UHGV virus genome: UHGV-0160579
Origin: a virus
DNA: 36,299 nt
Strand: one strand, 5' to 3'
Numbering within the stretch: the stretch's first letter is position 1; the number at the start of each line of letters is the position of its first letter. The position numbers and the translations under genes were made by a program. The notes under the pieces were generated by a model. That model was not told where the DNA came from and ran no database searches. It saw only the letters and a program-made list of their open reading frames with translations. Shown here piece after piece: positions 1 to 8,864 of the stretch.

Positions 1-3
1 ATC

Positions 4-39
4 TTCCCCAAAACTTTCCCCAAAACCCTTCCCCAAAAC
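4..39. repeat. Three tandem copies of the 11-mer TTCCCCAAAAC (4-14, 16-26, 29-39) just downstream of the int stop codon; possible arm-type integrase-binding sites or att-proximal repeats
   Basis: Direct reading of bases 1-45; the att core itself cannot be defined from this window alone. Confidence 0.5.
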
Positions 40-49
40 TGGCTATTTT

Positions 50-1192
50 CTATGCTGTTTTGATATCTACGATAATCCAGTCTTTACCACGATCATCATT
101 GTATCGGTCGGTCATTTTTCTGGATTTATGGCCTAACAACTTTTGCGTATCCAGACCCTGTTCCCGATATAACCGTTCTGACAGAGATCGCTGCTCATGA
201 AATGTGGGCGCAGTTCCTTGCTCCCATTTTATGCCACATTTTTCCCGGGCCTTTTTAAAAGCCGTTGTCAGAGTATTCGCAGAAACCTGGTCTCCTCTGT
301 TTGCTTGAGAGGTAGTGTGACGGTAATGGACCAGATATTTACTAACAACAGCATCCCTGCACTGAGATATAACTTCACGAAGGGTAATATTCAGAGCATC
401 GCATTTCAGGTTAAGCGGAATAGCAAGTTTTGAACCGGTTTTTTCCTGAGTAATGTGCAACATGTCGTCCCATATATCAGAGAATTTCAAATTGCAGATA
501 TCGCCTAAACGTTGTCCAGTAACAAGAGCAAGTAGCATGCCGCATTTTAAATAGGGCTGCCGTCTGCTTACGCTGTCAAATATTGCCTGCCATTCGGGCA
601 GTGACAATCTTTGGCGGTTTACTCGATTTCGCGGTTGTTTTGTTGCCTGCGCTGGGTTAAATCCTGGCGGAACATGTCCTGCGTGTTGTGCTTCTTTGAA
701 GACGTCGATCAACACCATTCTCACGACTTGCGCCATCCTGTTATGACCTTCAGCCTTTACAGCATCAATTATTTCGGCAATATCAAGTGCGGTAATATCC
801 TTGAGGTGTTGCATTCCACAATGCTCACGGAAAAGACGAATGGGTTTGCCTTTTTGCCGATAGGAGTTGGGTCTTAGTTCATTATGTTGCAGCCTGTCCT
901 CTTGGATAGAAATATATTTATCAAGCCATTCTGTCACCGTAATGTCTGAGCGCCTGCCTTTCATTCTTTCCAGACGCTCATTGACGCTTAATATTTGTCT
1001 GGTACGTTGTTCAGCAATAATGGTATTTGCTTCAGTAGCAACTTGTTTTGCTTCATTCTCATCAGTTCCTAAGCTATGAAAACGACCGGATAGTGGATGT
1101 TTGTATTGCCAATATACCTTTCCGGTTCGCTTATCTAATTTGCAATATAAATTGGGTATAGAGATTTTGTGAGATCGGGGTCTAGCAGCCAT
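50..1192 (-). CDS. int: Tyrosine-type site-specific integrase (phage integrase family)
   Basis: 380 aa ORF with ATG start; C-terminal catalytic region has the R...H..R...Y pattern (HEQRSLSERLY...LLGHKSRKMTDRY); first gene at the prophage left end with xis overlapping its start. Confidence 0.9.
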   Translation of the reverse strand: MAARPRSHKISIPNLYCKLDKRTGKVYWQYKHPLSGRFHSLGTDENEAKQVATEANTIIAEQRTRQILSVNERLERMKGRRSDITVTEWLDKYISIQEDRLQHNELRPNSYRQKGKPIRLFREHCGMQHLKDITALDIAEIIDAVKAEGHNRMAQVVRMVLIDVFKEAQHAGHVPPGFNPAQATKQPRNRVNRQRLSLPEWQAIFDSVSRRQPYLKCGMLLALVTGQRLGDICNLKFSDIWDDMLHITQEKTGSKLAIPLNLKCDALNITLREVISQCRDAVVSKYLVHYRHTTSQANRGDQVSANTLTTAFKKAREKCGIKWEQGTAPTFHEQRSLSERLYREQGLDTQKLLGHKSRKMTDRYNDDRGKDWIIVDIKTA

Positions 1193-1418
1193 CAGCGATT
1201 ATCCTTTGGAGTTTTGGGTTTGCGTTTATTGGGAGTTGCGGTTCTGCAAGCGTTCCTACAAAACGGGAATTTCGGTCAATCATCCAGTAGCGACCAACTT
1301 TTATAGCGGGTGGGGCCATCATTTTCCCTTGCGCGTATTTTTTCAGAACTCGCTCACTTGGTGCTAAGTCCCCAAATTCTTCTTTAGCCCAGTCCTGTAA
1401 AGTGATTAGTCGAGACAT
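1182..1418 (-). CDS. xis: Excisionase-like small DNA-binding protein
   Basis: 78 aa ORF immediately upstream of int, overlapping it by 11 nt; strong RBS (GAGGAGGA) before the ATG; position and size typical of Xis. Confidence 0.7.
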   Translation of the reverse strand: MSRLITLQDWAKEEFGDLAPSERVLKKYAQGKMMAPPAIKVGRYWMIDRNSRFVGTLAEPQLPINANPKLQRIIADGC

Positions 1419-1557
1419 TTGTCCTCCTCTTAGCTGCTGAGGGAGTTTGTGACCGATATATCTGACATGATATTAAGCTCATGGCAGGTACATCTCTTGA
1501 CTGGTCATAGAGATAAATTTAATGCTGAGAAATGCAGTATTGAATTTATCAATTTTT

Positions 1558-1797
1558 CTATTTCCTGCGCATGTCACGTAACTTCTTAATGTGTTCTGCC
1601 GTTTCGATCTCTTCTGCTATCCGATCTGCATCAGCTTTATTCACAGGTTCAAAGTCATGATTAAAGCGGAACATGCTGGCGATACATGTTCTGCCTTTTC
1701 GGATGTAGTGAACTTTGTTGTGGGTAGAACGCAGGATTTTGCAGGGAGTGCCGTGGTGGTCGACGTACCAGGTGTTAGGGTCAATCACTCTGAACAT
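1558..1797 (-). CDS. Hypothetical phage protein (79 aa)
   Basis: ORF with ATG start, co-oriented with the early-left operon; no function recognised. Confidence 0.5.
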   Translation of the reverse strand: MFRVIDPNTWYVDHHGTPCKILRSTHNKVHYIRKGRTCIASMFRFNHDFEPVNKADADRIAEEIETAEHIKKLRDMRRK

Positions 1798-2107
1798 TCT
1801 TGACCTTGTGTTGTGCGGATTGATATTCAGTGCTGATATTCACCTTTATAGCGAACACCTTTACCGGTTTATCGCCAAAGTGCGGATGTGTGATTGTCTT
1901 CACTTCATATCCGTCATACGGAACATCAATTCTGCGACTGGAATCGTCGCGCTTCGGATATCCCTTTGTGATAATCAGGCGGTCATATTCCCGGAACATA
2001 ATTCGCTTATTCCAGTAGTCATTACACAAGCGATACTCTTCCGTTTTCTCTCCGCGAATCATGGCATCGAAGTATTCACTTTTAACAGCAAGTTGCAGGT
2101 TAGCCAT
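1781..2107 (-). CDS. ASCH/PUA-like domain protein (possible RNA-binding)
   Basis: N-terminal ...AVKSEYFDAMIRGEKTEEYR... resembles the ASCH-domain signature; the ORF track start at 2110 is GTG and the first ATG is at 2107. Confidence 0.55.
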   Translation of the reverse strand: MANLQLAVKSEYFDAMIRGEKTEEYRLCNDYWNKRIMFREYDRLIITKGYPKRDDSSRRIDVPYDGYEVKTITHPHFGDKPVKVFAIKVNISTEYQSAQHKVKNVQSD

Positions 2108-2328
2108 CACTTAATCCCCCTTTGTTTGCGGATAAGCTCCAGATCTTGCTGGCAACTGGCGCAAGTCCGACAACCCTGAACGGCCAGGCGTCTTCGTTCA
2201 TCTATCGGATCGCCACACTCACAACAATGAGTGGCAGATACAGCCAGGTAGTTCAGGCGGCGCATTTTTATTGCTGTGTTGCGCTGTAATTCTTCTATTT
2301 CTGATGCTGAATCAATGATGTCTGCCAT
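2107..2328 (-). CDS. TraR/DksA-family C4 zinc-finger protein
   Basis: 73 aa; CxxC...CxxC motif (CCECGDPIDERRRLAVQGCRTCASC) characteristic of phage TraR-like proteins. Confidence 0.8.
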   Translation of the reverse strand: MADIIDSASEIEELQRNTAIKMRRLNYLAVSATHCCECGDPIDERRRLAVQGCRTCASCQQDLELIRKQRGIK

Positions 2329-2380
2329 CTTTCATTAATCCCTGAACTGTTGGTTAATACGCTTGAGGGTGAATGCGAAC

Positions 2381-2404
2381 AATAAAAAAGGAGCCTGTAG
2401 CTCC
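2381..2404 (-). terminator. Putative intrinsic terminator on the minus strand (GGAGC-CTGTA-GCTCC hairpin followed by a T-run in the minus-strand sense)
   Basis: Inverted repeat at 2390-2404 with the complement of AATAAAAAA (2381-2389) immediately 3' on the minus strand. Confidence 0.35.
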
Positions 2405-2634
2405 CTGATAATTTTGCTTTTCATGTTCATCGTTCCTTAAAGACGCCGTTTAACATGCCGATTGCCAGGCTTAAATGAGTCGGTGTGAATCCCTTCAGCG
2501 TTACCGTTTCGCGGTGCTTCTTCAGTACGCTACGGCAAATGTCATTGACGTTTTTGGAAACTGCTGTCTGACTTTTTTGATTTCAGAATTAGCCTGACGG
2601 GCAATGCTGCGAAGGGCGTTTTCTTGCTGAGGTG

Positions 2635-2718
2635 TCACTGAACAAGCCCCATGTCGGCAAGCATAAGCACACAGAATATGAAGCCCGCTGCCAGAAAAAT
2701 GCATTCAGTGGTTGTCAT
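2635..2718 (-). CDS. Small hydrophobic peptide (27 aa, MTTTECIFLAAGFIFCVLMLADMGLVQ)
   Basis: Short ATG ORF absent from the >=60 aa track; its stop abuts the start region of the next ORF; could be a small membrane peptide. Confidence 0.3.
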   Translation of the reverse strand: MTTTECIFLAAGFIFCVLMLADMGLVQ

Positions 2719-2906
2719 ACCTGGTCTCTCTCATCTGCTTCTGCTTTCGCCACCATCATTTCCAGCTTTTGTGAAAGGGATGTGGCTAACGTATGAAATT
2801 CTTCGTCTGTTTCTGCTGGTATTGGCACAAACCTGACTCCAATTTGAGCAAGGCTATGTGCCAAATCAATACTCGTTCTTAACTCAACAGGAGATGCTTT
2901 GTGCAT
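2715..2906 (-). CDS. Hypothetical protein, resembling the lambda b-region small ORF orf63
   Basis: 63 aa ORF in the exo-to-xis interval; recalled similarity to lambda orf63, not verifiable here. Confidence 0.45.
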   Translation of the reverse strand: MHKASPVELRTSIDLAHSLAQIGVRFVPIPAETDEEFHTLATSLSQKLEMMVAKAEADERDQV

Positions 2907-3067
2907 ACCGCCCCCCGTTTATTATTTATCTCCTCAGCCAGCCGCTGGGCTTTCAGCGGATTTCGGATAACAGAAAGACCGTGAAATACCCAGCCTCGCT
3001 TTGTAACGGAGTAGACGAAAGTGATCGCGCCTACCCGGATATTATCGTGAGGATGGGTCATCGCCAT
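2879..3067 (-). CDS. Hypothetical protein, resembling lambda orf60a
   Basis: 62 aa ORF directly downstream of exo, with ATG at 3067 or 3061; recalled similarity to lambda orf60a. Confidence 0.45.
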   Translation of the reverse strand: MAMTHPHDNIRVGAITFVYSVTKRGWVFHGLSVIRNPLKAQRLAEEINNKRGAVCTKHLLLS

Positions 3068-3738
3068 TGCTCTCCAAATACAAAACCAATTTCAGCCAGT
3101 GCTTCGTCCATTTTTTCGATGAACTCCGGCACCATCTCGTCAAAACTCGCCATGTACTTTTCATCCCGCTCAACCACGACATAATGCAGGCCTTCACGCT
3201 TCATTCGTGGGTCATAGTTGGCAAAGTACCAGGCATCTTTTCGTGTCACCCACATGCTGTACTGCACCTGGGCCATGTAAGCCGACTTTATGGCCTCGAA
3301 ACCACCGAGCCGGAACTTCATGAAATCCCGGGAGGTAAACGGGCATTTCAGCTCAAGGCCATTGCCGTCACTGCATAAACCATCGGGAGAGCAGGCGGTG
3401 CGCATACTTTCGTCGCGATAGATGATCGGGGATTCAGTAACATTCACGCCGGAAGTGAATTCAAACAGGGTTCTGGCGTCGTTCTCGTACTGTTTTCCCC
3501 ACGCCAGCGCCTTAGCATTAACTTCCGGAGCCACACCGGTGCAAACCTCAGCCAGCAGGGTGTGGAAGTAGGACATTTTCATGTCAGGCCACTTCTTTCC
3601 TGAGCGGGGCTTTGCTATCACGTTGTGAACTTCTGAAGCGGTGATGACGCCGAGCCGTAATTTGTGCCATGCATCATCCCCCTGTTCGACAGCTCTCACG
3701 TCGATCCCGGTACGCTGCAGGATAATGTCCGGTGTCAT
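3058..3738 (-). CDS. exo: Lambda exonuclease (Red-alpha), 5'-3' dsDNA exonuclease
   Basis: 226 aa; near-identical over its length to the lambda Exo sequence as I recall it ([65 protein letters not shown]...). Confidence 0.95.
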   Translation of the reverse strand: MTPDIILQRTGIDVRAVEQGDDAWHKLRLGVITASEVHNVIAKPRSGKKWPDMKMSYFHTLLAEVCTGVAPEVNAKALAWGKQYENDARTLFEFTSGVNVTESPIIYRDESMRTACSPDGLCSDGNGLELKCPFTSRDFMKFRLGGFEAIKSAYMAQVQYSMWVTRKDAWYFANYDPRMKREGLHYVVVERDEKYMASFDEMVPEFIEKMDEALAEIGFVFGEQWR

Positions 3739-4520
3739 GCTGCCACCTTCTGCTCAGTGGCTTTCTGTTTCAGGAATCCAAGAGCTTTCACTGCTTCGGC
3801 CTGTGTCAGTTCTGACGATGCGCGAATGTCGCGGCGAAATATCTGGGAACAGAGCGGCAATAAGTCGTCATCCCATGTTTTGTCCAGGGCAATCAGCAGA
3901 GTGTTAATCTCCTGCATGGTTTCATCGTTAACCGGAGTGATGTCGCGTTCCGGCTGACGTTCTGCAGTGTATGCGGTATTTTCGACAATGCGCTCGGCTT
4001 CATCCTTGTCATAGATACCAGCAAATCCGAAGGCCAGACGGGCACACTGAATCATGGCTTTATGCCGTAACATCCGTTTGGGATGCGACTGCCACGGCCC
4101 CGTGATTTCTCTGCCTTCGCGGGTTTTGAATGGTTCGCGGCGGCATTCATCCATCCACTCGGTAACGCAGATCGGATGATTGCGGTCTTTGCGGTAAATC
4201 CGGCATGTACATGATTCATTGTCCTGCTCAAAGTCCATACCATCAAACTGCTGGTTTTCATTGATGATGCGGGACCAGCCATCAACGCCCACCACCGGAA
4301 CAATGCCGTTCTGCTTATCAGGGAAGGCGTAAATTTCTTTCGTCCACGGATTAAGGCCGTACTGGTTGGCGACGATCAACAATGCGATGAACTGCGCATC
4401 GCTGGCATCACCTTTAAATGCCGTCTGGCGAAGAGTGGTGATCAGTTCCTGTGGGTCGACAGAATCCATGCCGACACGTTCAGCCAGCTTCCCTGCCAGC
4501 GTTGCGAGTGCTGTACTCAT
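3735..4520 (-). CDS. bet: Red-beta single-strand annealing protein
   Basis: 261 aa; matches lambda Bet ([66 protein letters not shown]...); overlaps exo start by 4 nt. Confidence 0.95.
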   Translation of the reverse strand: MSTALATLAGKLAERVGMDSVDPQELITTLRQTAFKGDASDAQFIALLIVANQYGLNPWTKEIYAFPDKQNGIVPVVGVDGWSRIINENQQFDGMDFEQDNESCTCRIYRKDRNHPICVTEWMDECRREPFKTREGREITGPWQSHPKRMLRHKAMIQCARLAFGFAGIYDKDEAERIVENTAYTAERQPERDITPVNDETMQEINTLLIALDKTWDDDLLPLCSQIFRRDIRASSELTQAEAVKALGFLKQKATEQKVAA

Positions 4521-4525
4521 CCGTT

Positions 4526-4822
4526 TTATACCTCTGAATCAATATCAGCCTGATGGTGAGCAATGGTTTCAACTATGTACCGGATGTGTTCTGCCATGCG
4601 CTCCTGAAACTCAACATCGTCATCAAACGCACGGGTAATGGCTTTTTTGCTGGCCCCGTGGCGTTGTAAATGATCGATGCATAGCGATTCAAACAGGTGC
4701 TGGGGCAGGCCTTTTTCCATGTCGTCTGCCAGTTCTGCCTCTTTCTCTTCACGGGCGATCTGCTGGTAGTGACGCGCCCAGCTCTGAGCCTCAAGACGAT
4801 CCTGAATGTAATAAGCGTTCAT
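4526..4822 (-). CDS. gam: Gam, RecBCD inhibitor (short GamS form)
   Basis: 98 aa; matches the C-terminal 98 residues of lambda Gam ([21 protein letters not shown]...HHQ.DIDSEV). Confidence 0.9.
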   Translation of the reverse strand: MNAYYIQDRLEAQSWARHYQQIAREEKEAELADDMEKGLPQHLFESLCIDHLQRHGASKKAITRAFDDDVEFQERMAEHIRYIVETIAHHQADIDSEV

Positions 4823-4897
4823 GGCTGAACTCCTGAAAATGGCTGTGAAAATATCGCCCGCGAAATGCCAGGCTGATTAGGAAAACAGGAAAGGGGG

Positions 4898-5041
4898 TTA
4901 GTGAATGCTTTTGCTTGATCTCAGTTTCAGTATTAATATCCATTTTTTATAAGCGTCGACGGCCTCACGAAACATCTTTTCATCGCCAATAAAAGTGGCG
5001 ATAGTGAATTTAGTCTGGATAGCCATAATTGTTTGATCCAT
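4898..5041 (-). CDS. kil: Kil (host-killing / FtsZ inhibitor), 47 aa
   Basis: Internal ATG at 5041 gives [47 protein letters not shown], matching lambda Kil; the track ORF extends upstream without support. Confidence 0.8.
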   Translation of the reverse strand: MDQTIMAIQTKFTIATFIGDEKMFREAVDAYKKWILILKLRSSKSIH

Positions 5042-5174
5042 TTTTTGGGACTCCTGGCTGATTAAGTATGTCGATAAGGCGTTTCCATCCGTCACGTAAT
5101 TTACGGGTGATTCGTTCAAGTAAAGATTCGGAAGGGCAGCCAGCAACAGGCCACCCTGCAATGGCATATTGCAT
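5010..5174 (-). CDS. cIII: CIII (protects CII from FtsH degradation), 54 aa
   Basis: Hand translation from the ATG at 5174 gives [54 protein letters not shown], matching lambda CIII; below the 60 aa track threshold; overlaps kil as in lambda. Confidence 0.85.
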   Translation of the reverse strand: MQYAIAGWPVAGCPSESLLERITRKLRDGWKRLIDILNQPGVPKNGSNNYGYPD

Positions 5175-5246
5175 GGTGTGCTCCTTATTTATACATAACG
5201 AAAAACGCCTCGAGTGAAGCGTAATTGGTATGCGGTAACGCCGCGC

Positions 5247-5615
5247 TCAGGCGGCCTTGATAGTCATATCATCTGAATCAAATATTCCTGATGTATCGAT
5301 ATCGGTAATTCTTATTCCTTCACTACCATCCATTGGAGGCCATCCTTCCTGACCATTTCCATCATTCCAGTCGAACTCACACACAACACCATATGCATTT
5401 AAGTCGCTTGAAATTGCTATAAGCAGAGCATGTTGCGCCAGCATGATTAATACAGCATTTAATACAGAGCCGTGTTTATTGAGTCGGTATTCAGAGTCTG
5501 ACCAGAAATTATTAATCTGGTGAAGTTTTTCCTCTGTCATTACGTCATGGTCAATTTCAATTTCTATTGATGCTTTCCAGTCGTAATCAATGATGTATTT
5601 TTTGATGTTTGACAT
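5247..5615 (-). CDS. ea10: Ea10-like early protein (122 aa)
   Basis: 122 aa ORF in the lambda ea10 position between cIII and ral; same size as lambda Ea10. Confidence 0.7.
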   Translation of the reverse strand: MSNIKKYIIDYDWKASIEIEIDHDVMTEEKLHQINNFWSDSEYRLNKHGSVLNAVLIMLAQHALLIAISSDLNAYGVVCEFDWNDGNGQEGWPPMDGSEGIRITDIDTSGIFDSDDMTIKAA

Positions 5616-5797
5616 CTATTCATATCCTCATAGATAAAAAATCGCCCTCACACTGGAGGGCAAAGAAGATTTCCAATAATCAGAACAAGTCGGCTCCTGT
5701 TTAGTTACGAGCGACATTGCTCCGTGTATTCACTCGTTGGAATGAATACACAGTGCAGTGTTTATTCTGTTATTTATGCCAAAAATAAAGGCCACTA

Positions 5798-5998
5798 TCA
5801 GGCAGCTTTGTTGTTCTGTTTACCAAGTTCTCTGGCAATCATTGCCGTCGTTCGTATTGCCCATTTATCGACATATTTCCCATCTTCCATTACAGGAAAC
5901 ATTTCTTCAGGCTTAACCATGCATTCCGATTGCAGCTTGCATCCATTGCATCGTTTGAATTGTCCACACCATTGATTTGTATCAATAGTCGTAGTCAT
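5798..5998 (-). CDS. ral: Ral, restriction alleviation protein
   Basis: 66 aa; matches lambda Ral (MTTTID.NQWCGQFKRCNGCKLQSECMVKPEEMFPVMEDGKYVDKWAIRTTAMIARELGKQNNKAA). Confidence 0.9.
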   Translation of the reverse strand: MTTTIDTNQWCGQFKRCNGCKLQSECMVKPEEMFPVMEDGKYVDKWAIRTTAMIARELGKQNNKAA

Positions 5999-6068
5999 AC
6001 GGATAGTCTTGGTATTGTTCCATCACATCTTGAGGATGCTCTTCGAACTCTTCAAATTCTTCTTCCAT
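5982..6068 (-). CDS. Small acidic ORF (28 aa, MEEEFEEFEEHPQDVMEQYQDYPYDYDY), lambda orf28-like
   Basis: Hand-translated short ORF between ral and sieB; position and length match lambda orf28. Confidence 0.35.
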   Translation of the reverse strand: MEEEFEEFEEHPQDVMEQYQDYPYDYDY

Positions 6069-6211
6069 ATATCACCTTAAATAGTGGATTGCGGTAGTAA
6101 AGATTGTGCCTGTCTTTTAACCACATCAGGCTCGGTGGTTCTCGTGTACCCCTACAACGAGAAATCGGATAAACTCTATTCACCCCTACAGAGAGCAAAA
6201 GAGAAACGCCG

Positions 6212-6793
6212 ATGAACAACTCATGGTGGCAGGAACTAATGCATTTTTTCCTGCAAGGAATGACACTTAAACAGTTGATTCATATGCTAATCATCCTGAT
6301 CATATTGATTATTGTTATGCCGGTAAGCGTAAAAGAATGGATAAACCTGCATAATCCAGAAATCCTTCCTCATTACTGGATGTATTACATCCTGTTGTTT
6401 TGCGTTAGCTATGTGCTTAACGGCGTTGTTAATTCCGCTTATCACGCTGTGACTGAAAGAATTGAGGTATTCGCTGCTCAGAAGCGCAAATCTAAAGAAG
6501 AAAAATATGTGCAAGATTTGTTTGATTCGTTAACTCTTGGAGAAAGAGCGTATTTGGCATTCGCTGTAGCCGCTAATAACCAGCTACAAACGGAAAAGGG
6601 CGCTCATGAATCAATTTCATTGCTCAAAAAAGGACTCCTCGTTCGAAGGCCTCCTGCTGTTGGATATCCTGATACCGACCGTTTCGTTATCCCTGAAAGC
6701 TATAGACATGAGTGCTACATTAGGTTTGCCGGGAAGGCAGACAGCCTTATGGATGAACTTATCGCTCAGGATAAGCATGGCAAAAACAAGTAA
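6212..6793 (+). CDS. sieB: SieB superinfection exclusion protein (membrane)
   Basis: 193 aa; matches lambda SieB (MNNSWWQELMHFFLQGMTLKQLIHMLIILI...); hydrophobic N-terminal segments. Confidence 0.9.
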   Translation: MNNSWWQELMHFFLQGMTLKQLIHMLIILIILIIVMPVSVKEWINLHNPEILPHYWMYYILLFCVSYVLNGVVNSAYHAVTERIEVFAAQKRKSKEEKYVQDLFDSLTLGERAYLAFAVAANNQLQTEKGAHESISLLKKGLLVRRPPAVGYPDTDRFVIPESYRHECYIRFAGKADSLMDELIAQDKHGKNK

Positions 6794-6809
6794 TTAGCAA
6801 ATGAATTTA

Positions 6810-7082
6810 TCATCTCGCCGTCAGTTGTTTTGATTTCCGGTAGCCTGCCGCGTAAAGAGCTACGTTCGGAAGACAAGTTGAACCTTCATATTTTCTGGTC
6901 AACGTTGTCAGAGTTATCACTTCTGCTCTCATTGCTGGTTTGAGCTTGCATTGCAAGACCACTCGTGAAGGGGTTGGCCTGTGTAGCTTGTCGGAGCTGA
7001 TCGCCTCCTGACTTTGCAGATTTGCGCGACGAGCTCTACGGCGAGAAGCTGCGGTGCCTTTAAATTCTGTTTTTCTGGACAT
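6810..7082 (-). CDS. N: N-type transcription antiterminator with an arginine-rich motif (P22 gp24-like C-terminus)
   Basis: Start placed at the internal ATG at 7082, preceded by RBS GGGAGGA; N-terminus MSRKTEFKGTAASRRRARRANLQ is an arginine-rich RNA-binding motif; C-terminus ...VALYAAGYRKSKQLTAR resembles P22 gp24; nutL lies upstream. Confidence 0.8.
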   Translation of the reverse strand: MSRKTEFKGTAASRRRARRANLQSQEAISSDKLHRPTPSRVVLQCKLKPAMRAEVITLTTLTRKYEGSTCLPNVALYAAGYRKSKQLTAR

Positions 7083-7180
7083 GGATTCCTCCCGAATAAA
7101 CTTTGGCGATGCAATCTCGAAGCTCCTCCTGAGACGGTTGCTTCGGCATTGCATCCCACAGCTTATGTGGTTGGGTGATC

Positions 7181-7226
7181 TGGCTTTTCAGCCACGTAGT
7201 CGAGAGTCGACGTTGTTTAAAGAGCC
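7181..7226 (-). promoter_or_regulatory. nutL (boxA GCTCTTTAA and boxB hairpin TGGCTGAAAAGCCA, read on the minus strand)
   Basis: The boxB stem-loop matches the nutR boxB pattern (TCGCTGAAAAGCGA) at 9894-9907; boxA resembles the CGCTCTT consensus. Confidence 0.6.
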
Positions 7227-7264
7227 TGCCAGTCTGTTCCATTTGGCTTCCAGCGTCCTGCTGA

Positions 7265-7320
7265 CGGTTAAATAGTACGATATGTACTTTACAAGATCAA
7301 TACAATTTGTTGTAAGTTGG
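7265..7320 (-). promoter_or_regulatory. pL promoter with overlapping OL operators (-35 TTGATC, 17 nt spacer, -10 TACTAT on the minus strand; 15-bp palindrome AGTACGATATGTACT at 7275-7289)
   Basis: Sigma70-like hexamers at the correct spacing; the palindrome overlaps the -10 and is repeated in related form at OR (9592-9606). Confidence 0.5.
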
Positions 7321-7486
7321 CGTGGTTTTTTATAACGCTTTGTATTTAATAGTGTTGTTTTTTAGCGTGGATGTATTGCCTCGGCGATGTAAGGAGAGAT
7401 CAGAATTGCGTGGTTTAGTGGGTTGCATCTATTTATTTTTCAATAAATATAATTGGTTATGTGTTTTTAGGTGGGCGAACGTGAGG

Positions 7487-7516
7487 CAAAGAAAACCCGG
7501 CGCTGAGGCCGGGTTG
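7487..7516 (-). terminator. Intrinsic terminator ending the cI accessory operon (AACCCGGC-GCTGA-GCCGGGTT hairpin followed by a T-run on the minus strand)
   Basis: GC-rich 8-bp stem with the minus-strand T-tract (TTTTCTTT) located 3 nt past the stop of the 250-aa gene. Confidence 0.65.
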
Positions 7517-7518
7517 TA

Positions 7519-8271
7519 TTATGCTGCAAGTCTCTTAACCCAAGTCTCTCTTTTGGAGAATGGTAGAACTTGGCTTGATTCATGGAAGAGTAAGGAGAGT
7601 TGTTGCATTTGATCACCAATTGCTTCGCTGTCTATAACAACAAATCTGTTGTTATACTCCTCACTTGAAGCTTTAAGATCAATTAGTTTCCCAAGCAATG
7701 AGTAAGCACTATTCCAGCTTCCTCCGTGTTTCACGCTTGATGTAAAAACGTATTTAGGTATGTCGGTTTTTATTGTTACAGGGACGGTAATTTGATGTCC
7801 ACTCAAGCCATATACGTTTTCACGAAGAGAAAGTGCGTCTCTAAGCTCTGTGTGATATAGATAATCAATAACCATACTTTCAAACTTTTCAGCTTGAACT
7901 GGCTGATACCAGTCTAACGACAAAGTTGATGCGAGTATACCAGCTCTAATTATGTTCGATGTAATCGCACCGACATCCTTTTCTGTTGCCCAAGCAATGA
8001 TTTCTCCTCGAGCATTGAGTTCTGCGCCTTCTTTAAGCAGTAATTGTCGTATCTCATCAAGTCGTTTTTTGGTAAGCGAGATCCCTCTTGCCTCCATATT
8101 CATTAAGGCATCGCATCTGTCACTAACTAAATACCTACCATTGACTTCACGGATAAAGGCACCGACATGCTCTCCATCATCACAGTAAGTGAATGGACTG
8201 ATAATTCTCAAGGTCTTGCCTATTGGATGGCATTCGAAACCTAGTTGTGAGATCACTGTTGAGCACATCAT
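7519..8271 (-). CDS. Uncharacterised protein (250 aa), second gene of the two-gene cassette downstream of cI; candidate phage-exclusion component
   Basis: ATG start overlaps the stop of the upstream gene (ATGA coupling); AT-rich codon usage unlike neighbouring lambda genes; no transmembrane segment or catalytic motif recognised by eye; occupies the rexB-equivalent slot. Confidence 0.75.
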   Translation of the reverse strand: MMCSTVISQLGFECHPIGKTLRIISPFTYCDDGEHVGAFIREVNGRYLVSDRCDALMNMEARGISLTKKRLDEIRQLLLKEGAELNARGEIIAWATEKDVGAITSNIIRAGILASTLSLDWYQPVQAEKFESMVIDYLYHTELRDALSLRENVYGLSGHQITVPVTIKTDIPKYVFTSSVKHGGSWNSAYSLLGKLIDLKASSEEYNNRFVVIDSEAIGDQMQQLSLLFHESSQVLPFSKRETWVKRLAA

Positions 8272-8825
8272 ATTCCAAACCCCATTTGCCCCGACTCATC
8301 TTCAAGCGGTAAAGGTATTCTCCCAGAGTAAGTTATGTTCAGATGTTTACAGAAGTAATTCCAATACCCTACCAGGTCATCTGGGTTTATGTCATCTTCG
8401 ATTGGAAACGCTATTCTATCACTATAGTATCCAGCTTCTTCATAGTATACATGGTAGTGAGCACCGTAAATGATATCTTGGTACTTCGGATGATCGACCT
8501 TGTAACTATTCGTGTGTTTGTCAAAGTGATAGGTATCTACCGCGAAAACCCTCTTGTTATGATAGAAAGCAATAATATTTATTTTAGGGTAAGAAATCGG
8601 GTCATCAGGTTCTGAATCCTGATCTGGTTTCCATTTCAGTTCAAACTTTAGCCCTTGTATAGGTATACAATCCTCATCCAAGGGGATGATATGGGCTTGT
8701 AGCCACATATCAGAGCGACTTGGTTTCTGTTTCCATTTAACGCCAGAAAAGTTAACTATTTTTTTACAATAAAGTACTTTATCAACTTCTACTTGGCTTG
8801 GCTGATAATCATCTATTTTTGCCAA
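8268..8825 (-). CDS. Uncharacterised acidic, Tyr/His-rich protein (185 aa), first gene of the two-gene cassette downstream of cI; candidate phage-exclusion component
   Basis: ORF starts 39 nt after the cI stop on the same strand; AT-rich; contains a His/Tyr-rich stretch (YHFDKHTNSYKVDHPKYQDIIYGAHYHVYYEE); no similarity to RexA recognised. Confidence 0.75.
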   Translation of the reverse strand: MAKIDDYQPSQVEVDKVLYCKKIVNFSGVKWKQKPSRSDMWLQAHIIPLDEDCIPIQGLKFELKWKPDQDSEPDDPISYPKINIIAFYHNKRVFAVDTYHFDKHTNSYKVDHPKYQDIIYGAHYHVYYEEAGYYSDRIAFPIEDDINPDDLVGYWNYFCKHLNITYSGRIPLPLEDESGQMGFGI

Positions 8826-8864
8826 TGTTTACCGCCCTGTAAATTGTAGATAAAAGTGGTTTCA

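Noticed and set aside
1715-2179. 154-aa plus-strand ORF overlapping three minus-strand early genes
   Set aside because: Antisense to the better-supported TraR-like, ASCH-like and 79-aa genes; alternative start codon; no RBS.
2335-2430. 31-aa minus-strand ORF (MNMKSKIIRELQ...) between the small b-region ORFs and the TraR-like gene
   Set aside because: Contains the predicted terminator hairpin within its coding sequence; too short and unsupported.
2522-2704. 60-aa minus-strand ORF
   Set aside because: Overlaps the better-supported 27-aa peptide in another frame; Cys/His-rich translation without a clear start context.
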